A stretch of DNA of 64,000 nucleotides, taken from Eledone cirrhosa. Its lineage: Eukaryota. The stretch is from positions 142,104,001 to 142,168,000 of the forward strand of contig OZ024740.1 of assembly GCA_964016885.1 (NCBI GenBank), given 5' to 3'. Of the stretch, positions 61,914 through 64,000 are shown piece after piece; position 1 is the stretch's first letter; each line of letters begins with the position of its first letter. The position numbers and the translations under genes were made by a program. The notes beneath the pieces were generated by a model that saw only the letters and a list, made by a program, of their open reading frames with translations, was not told the DNA's origin and made no database searches.

Positions 61914-62388
61914 AAGAAGAAGAAGAAGAAGAAGAAGAAGAAGAAGAAGAAGAAGAAAAATAATTCGTGCAGAGGGATCTAACATGAAATGTTAAGATTT
62001 TGAAGTGAATACATACATACATATACAAGTAGATAGAGACTTAACTAAAAAAAATAATGCTTACGTATGTGTGTACAAGTGTGTGTGCAAGCGAACGTGT
62101 GTGCCGTATACATGTTTGTAAGTGTGCGTGAATATTCACAGATGAACAATTCGTCACGCAAATAAACTAGGTTGTAAATGTCAAGATGCTATTTACATTG
62201 AAACATCGTTAGCGGTGTTATTGACTAGACAGAGACATGGACAGATAAAAAGACAAATAGGTAAACAGACAGACAGACATACAGATAGATAGATAAATGG
62301 GTTGGTAGGTAGATAGATTGGTAGGTAGATAGATAGTCAGCCAGACAGATATATAGACAGCCAATCATACACATAGACAGATAGACAG

Positions 62389-62473
<85 letters not shown>

Positions 62474-62660
62474 CATAGTCGGAGAAAGCTAATAGCGATA
62501 CTCCGGCCAAATCCCAACTCACTCAACAAACATTAGGAAATAACTGAGTAATATTCCTAATTAAACGTTCGGGGTGCTAACTAATTGTATTCTGTGGAAA
62601 ATTGGCTGTATCATTTCATATGAGATATATCAAATGTGGTTACACAACAGTTAGTTCACC

Positions 62661-62706
62661 ATACCGAGAACAATTGTTTCACCTTAGCGGATCCTCAGGT
62701 CGTAAT
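62661..62706 (-). ncRNA. Minimal hammerhead, intact core, eroded stem I
   Basis: Reverse complement attacgac CTGAGGA t-cc-gctaa-gg-t GAAA CAATTG TT^ctcggtat, inside a ~390-bp module between TA tracts. Confidence 0.7.
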
Positions 62707-63524
62707 CTCTAGACTCAAGAAGGTTTGCCTCGAAAGGAGCAAGTTCAGTTACCTTAGGAGGGTAGGCTCTCGATTTTAGGTTGAAGGTGTTACTGGTTCT
62801 TGTAATTTTGCTGTCAAAAGCTAGAGCTCGCCATCTTAAGCGTCTGACGACATCTTCCGCTTATATATATATATATGGAGAGAGAGGGGGGGAGATAGAG
62901 AGGGGGAGAGAGAGAGAAGGGTGAATATATGCAACTATTAACTCTGCCATCTTCCTCCACCTCCTCCTCCAATATCACTTCCCCTTCACACCCATCTTCA
63001 TCATAGTGACCAACGGTGTCACTACAATCCACCCCAATTAACCTCAGTACCTGGAATTAAAACTACTTTGTTGGTCATTGCTGTAGTGCTGAACACCACT
63101 CTACCACACTGCCCTCTATTCTCAGCACTACTAAATAAAATGAGATTTACGGCACGCAGCTTTCTACTTTACTTAGTCCTCTACGAGGTTGTATCTCAAA
63201 GGAGCTTTCTCGGGTCTTTTAATGATGGAGTTCCTAGTTCTATCATGAAAAGCAGCGTGAAATGAAGCGTCCTGGTCAAAAACACAAGGCGCTGCCCCTT
63301 CCAGGATTCAAACCCACGTCCTGATGACTAACAAATTAACCACTAGGTCACGCGCCATCAGACCCTACAACTACCACAACTTAACACTATCTCCACTATC
63401 AACACTACCACGACTATTCACTAGAAACACAACTAAATCAGCGGTAAATACATTCACCCTTCTCATCCTAACACAACACTATTAAAATATCATCACCACC
63501 ACCATTATTATCCCTACATTATAG

Positions 63525-63705
63525 GGCGCAGTATCGGTAGAAGGTCGGACGCCATGCTTTGCAGCATAGAGTTACACCCCTTTATGGTCTGAGTTCAAAT
63601 TCCGCCGAGGTTAACTTTGCCTTTCACCTTTACGGGGTCGATAAAATAAAGCACCAGTAATGAACTGGATAATTGCTGGCCTTGTGCCAAAGGTAGAAAC
63701 AATTA
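63525..63705 (+). mobile_element. SINE (main family, short form)
   Basis: gcagtatcggtagaaggtcggacgccatgc...gagttcaaattccgccgagg...ggccttgtgccaaaggtagaaacaatt. Confidence 0.85.
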
Positions 63706-64000
63706 TTATCCCTACATTTACTAAAATACAATGTCACTGCTGCACTACTCAATATTTTTCTCTATATATGACCCTTTGAATGTAAAGAAACAAACTGAAT
63801 TGGTGAACTTGGTAAAAAGGGTTCTACAACGTGGTTGAGCATCATATTTATATTTTATATAAACATTTTACATAAAAAAAAGCAAAGTCGCCGATCATCA
63901 GATCGGAGGAAGGAAACTCTGTTTCTGTTAGTCTTTTCAATGTCGATACTATCTGTCGTCGTAACACTTGGCAGAAGGCAGCAGGATTTGAACACACAGA

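Overview
This is AT-rich, microsatellite-saturated eukaryotic DNA. The SINE families and repeat landscape resemble octopus/cephalopod genomes (inference). I found no host protein-coding exon, and most ORF-track entries are translations of (TA)n/(CA)n/(CT)n repeats. The window holds decayed retroelements: at least three lineages of Penelope-like elements (PLEs), two R4/Dong-type RLE LINEs, and CR1/L2-, RTE-, HERO- and L1/Tx1-like fragments. It also has about 20 copies of one SINE family, two hAT-type insertions with 8-bp TSDs and a U6 snRNA retropseudogene. The main hidden signal is RNA-structural. Reading by eye I find roughly 20 minimal type-I hammerhead-ribozyme (HHR) motifs (CTGANGA-stem II-GAAA-short, often palindromic stem III-NUH), from at least 8 sequence families. 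They lie in PLE pseudo-LTRs and in small ORF-less modules between (TA)n tracts. Several have unusually long stem II inserts or a U.U pair at the base of stem II, and many are caught in fold-back inversions whose breakpoints fall inside the ribozyme. All structure calls are by-eye pairing; none has been computed or tested.
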